This document shows, in pieces, positions 61,118-64,000 of a stretch of DNA of 64,000 bases (the first letter of the stretch is position 1; each line of letters opens with the position of its first letter). The notes beneath the pieces were generated by a model. It saw nothing but the letters and a program-made list of their open reading frames with translations. It was not told the origin of the DNA and did no database searches. This DNA is from Trichoplax sp. H2. Its lineage: Eukaryota. Made by a program: the position numbers and the translations under genes. The stretch is taken from NCBI GenBank assembly GCA_003344405.1, contig NOWV01000011.1, positions 682,001 to 746,000 of the forward strand, written 5' to 3'.

Positions 61118-64000
61118 TTATTTTTGTGATTGAATTGTAAGTAACACAAAGTTCAAGCAATACAATTTCAATTTTATGTTTACAACGCTTACAGTATGCT
61201 TGTACAGATACTACTGTAGAATCAGGAAATGTATTTGCATAGTTACTTGAGTGAGAAGATCTTAGGTTTACTTTAAAATTGTATCTGTCATGAGATTGGC
61301 AAGCATAACTCTTGTAGAAAACAGTAATAATTACGTACAGCAGTTTGTATCTTTATTTACATATTTATTGAATTGGAACTAATTTCATTTTCAGAGAATA
61401 AATAGGCTCGTATGTGCTATTCATCACATTACTTATAAACTGTGTCTTTCATTGCGATATCAGAAAATATACGTCGTTAAGCAGGAATGCGGAATACTCT
61501 CAATAATATAGTACGTTATAAAAATAGTCACCAATTGCCGATAATATTGAATAAATTACCTTAAAAGTTCAATATTTATTTATGAATCATAAGTTATAAA
61601 TAATTGTTTATTATTGCATATAAATATATCTGCTATTAATTATAAGGCTTAAGTTCTATGTAATACCAATATTTACAAAGTAGCAAATATTACATCGTTT
61701 TCGTTTTTAGTATTTGACGTAAAAAGAATAACATTAATGCTTACATGCTATAATTGTTTAATTCATTAGAACGAGTTGAATTTCCACGCCTATTTTAGCA
61801 TCTGCACAACATGATCGTAGTTTGTGGGCTTTGTTATCTTATACTTCCAAGTAAACCGTCAATAAAGTCTAATTATATTCGGAAAATAATGGGGTATGAA
61901 ACTAGGGTGTAGAATCTAAATCTGCTTCGGCCATTCTAGCCATTTCTAGACATTCTAAGATAATAGCAAGCCTGAAATTGTAATTACACATTAGAAACAT
62001 TAAATATAACGTGGTCAATATCGATCTAATACTTTTGTAATGAAGGTTAATTTTTAGAATTTTCCTTCAAGTTCTTTTATTGTAAGTATTCTAGCTTAAT
62101 TTTGTATCGTGATAAGTATTCTAACTTTAAAAAAATATAACTTATTTGGTTGATTATAATGGTAGATTTTACTTAGTAGCTTAGTATCTTGTAAACCCGA
62201 CTGCTTTATTCGGGTTAGAAGTTAACATTATCCGTACCTTAATTCTTGTTAAGAATCCGATATTACGATTTTTTAATTCAAGCGATATATTTAGTTGATA
62301 GAATACATGTGTGCTAATTTTGATCATTAATTACAGTAGAAGTTGATGTTACTTTGCAATATCATACAGTATGAACCCAAAACATTGATCTAGGATTGTT
62401 ATTTTGACTTAGTGTATACTGTACAAATGTACAGTTTCAAGCTAAACTATACTTAGTATTAATTTAGTAGTTTTCGGGAATCTAGGGTATAATTTATCTT
62501 ATCGTGTGTGTTTGATTGCTAGTTTAATTTGGAGTACTTTAGAATGATTTTGGATAGTCTAAAGCCATCAACTGCTCTGTGTAGCATATGAAAGGTGGTA
62601 TAGGTCGGTAATTGAGAGCAGTTGAAGTTAGAGAAGACGAGAAAAGTCTAGGATGATCGTAAGTTACCTCATTAATTGATAGTTTGGTTGGTTGAGGCAG
62701 TAGTTCTGCCCGTATTTCGTTATTCATAGAAGTTTTGCTAAGATTGTCGTTAAAGTTATAATAAAGTGTTGTTTTCTCTTAATTTATTTTGTTTGAACTT
62801 CAATTGTTGGTAGTTTAATTTAACATAGAAAATTTTATTTTATTTTTGAATCCGATACTGCCCTTTAATGAATTGCTATACTACAGTAATTGCGTATATT
62901 ATCAAATACAGATACCAAATAAGTCTTTACTTAAATAATCGAATATCTTTTGTAATCTGTATAAGGGTGTGACACTTTATGTCAATGGAATGATCTATAA
63001 GATGCAATCGAGATATATTCTACTGCAATAGTTAATCTCCAGCATTAATATTATTATAAAATGTCTCAACAATAAATACACATTACAAAAGTAAAAACAA
63101 TACAGAATTATTATCAAAGCTTAAGTTCATCAATCGGAAAGCTTAATAGGCAAATAAATTAAGAGGGTATTCAGAACATTAGATTGCCATGAGTTAACGC
63201 TGTCTAGATGGTGTCAGTTACATCTTAATACTGCCTATTTTCATGTAATATCAAATCATTCATCGTAGATGGAGGGAAATTGAAATGTGAGTATGTATTT
63301 ATCATCGATACATTTTGAATTAAATGGGATATTTATGAAACATGGAGTGTTAATAAGACCTGCTTGCTTTGGGGTGGCATGGAGGAAATTATAAATTTTC
63401 GGAATTAATTATTAGGGCTAAGGTACAGATAATATGATCATTAGGTACCAGTACTTCTATCTTAGTGTAATAAAGTGTCTTCAAAATAATGAAAAAATAA
63501 CTACAGTTTCTTGTAAACTGCATTTTATTACATAACTTAGGTTCGTTATCCAACTACCAAAGACTACATAACTGCGACAAATTATCTATATTATTAAAGC
63601 CTAATCCATGATTTATGTACAATTAGTTACAGAATGATTCTTTAGCAATATAATAATATAAATTTATTAGACCAATTTTGCTGGTTTCGAATCGGGGAAT
63701 TAAGAGAACATCGGTAGAACGTCTCTTATGAAATCACACACATTCATAAATGCGGCAATTAGTAGTCACAGAAGGTCTATAATGAGATTTACAGGCGTCC
63801 GAGAACTATTAATTTGAGATCTACGGTACGTTACCCGATGCTTATAATTAATACAATTTGATATGGTTGTACACATTGGTACATGTGAATATATTTGATC
63901 AGCGTAGGAAAGCCTTAAAATACGTCGATAAAATATATTGACATGCTTGATGATAGAAAGCGCTATGGGATTTTAAATGTTCACCAAGAATACGAATTAT

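Noticed and set aside
61120-64000. Search for further array paralogues or genes
   Set aside because: No family motifs (WWIGG, YINIRG) or credible exons seen

Overview
AT-rich, compact, intron-rich animal genomic DNA. The short GT-AG introns, gene set and base composition suggest an early-branching metazoan, most likely a placozoan such as Trichoplax (inference). Spliced genes in order: 3' part of COG3 (+), EBPL (-), hormone-sensitive lipase LIPE (+), a single-pass Ig-FN3-mucin receptor-like gene (-), EBP (+), COMMD7 (-), intronless mitochondrial PRDX3 (+), MAGI (-) and WASHC4 (-). These are followed by a tandem birth-and-death array of secreted fibrinogen-related-like proteins (2 intact, 2 pseudogenes, 2 orphan promoter copies). 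The most intriguing unexplained signal is a hairpin-dense non-coding segment with plus-strand G.U pairs between MAGI and WASHC4 (core 33.77-34.22 kb, possibly part of a multi-kb divergent structured RNA). There is also a two-class promoter grammar: TACAG/CTGTA arrays plus an ATGGRCTAC motif at housekeeping genes, versus a TATA+Fox-like+AP-1 module at the secreted-protein array. All exon models and helices were derived by eye, and no searches or folding were run.
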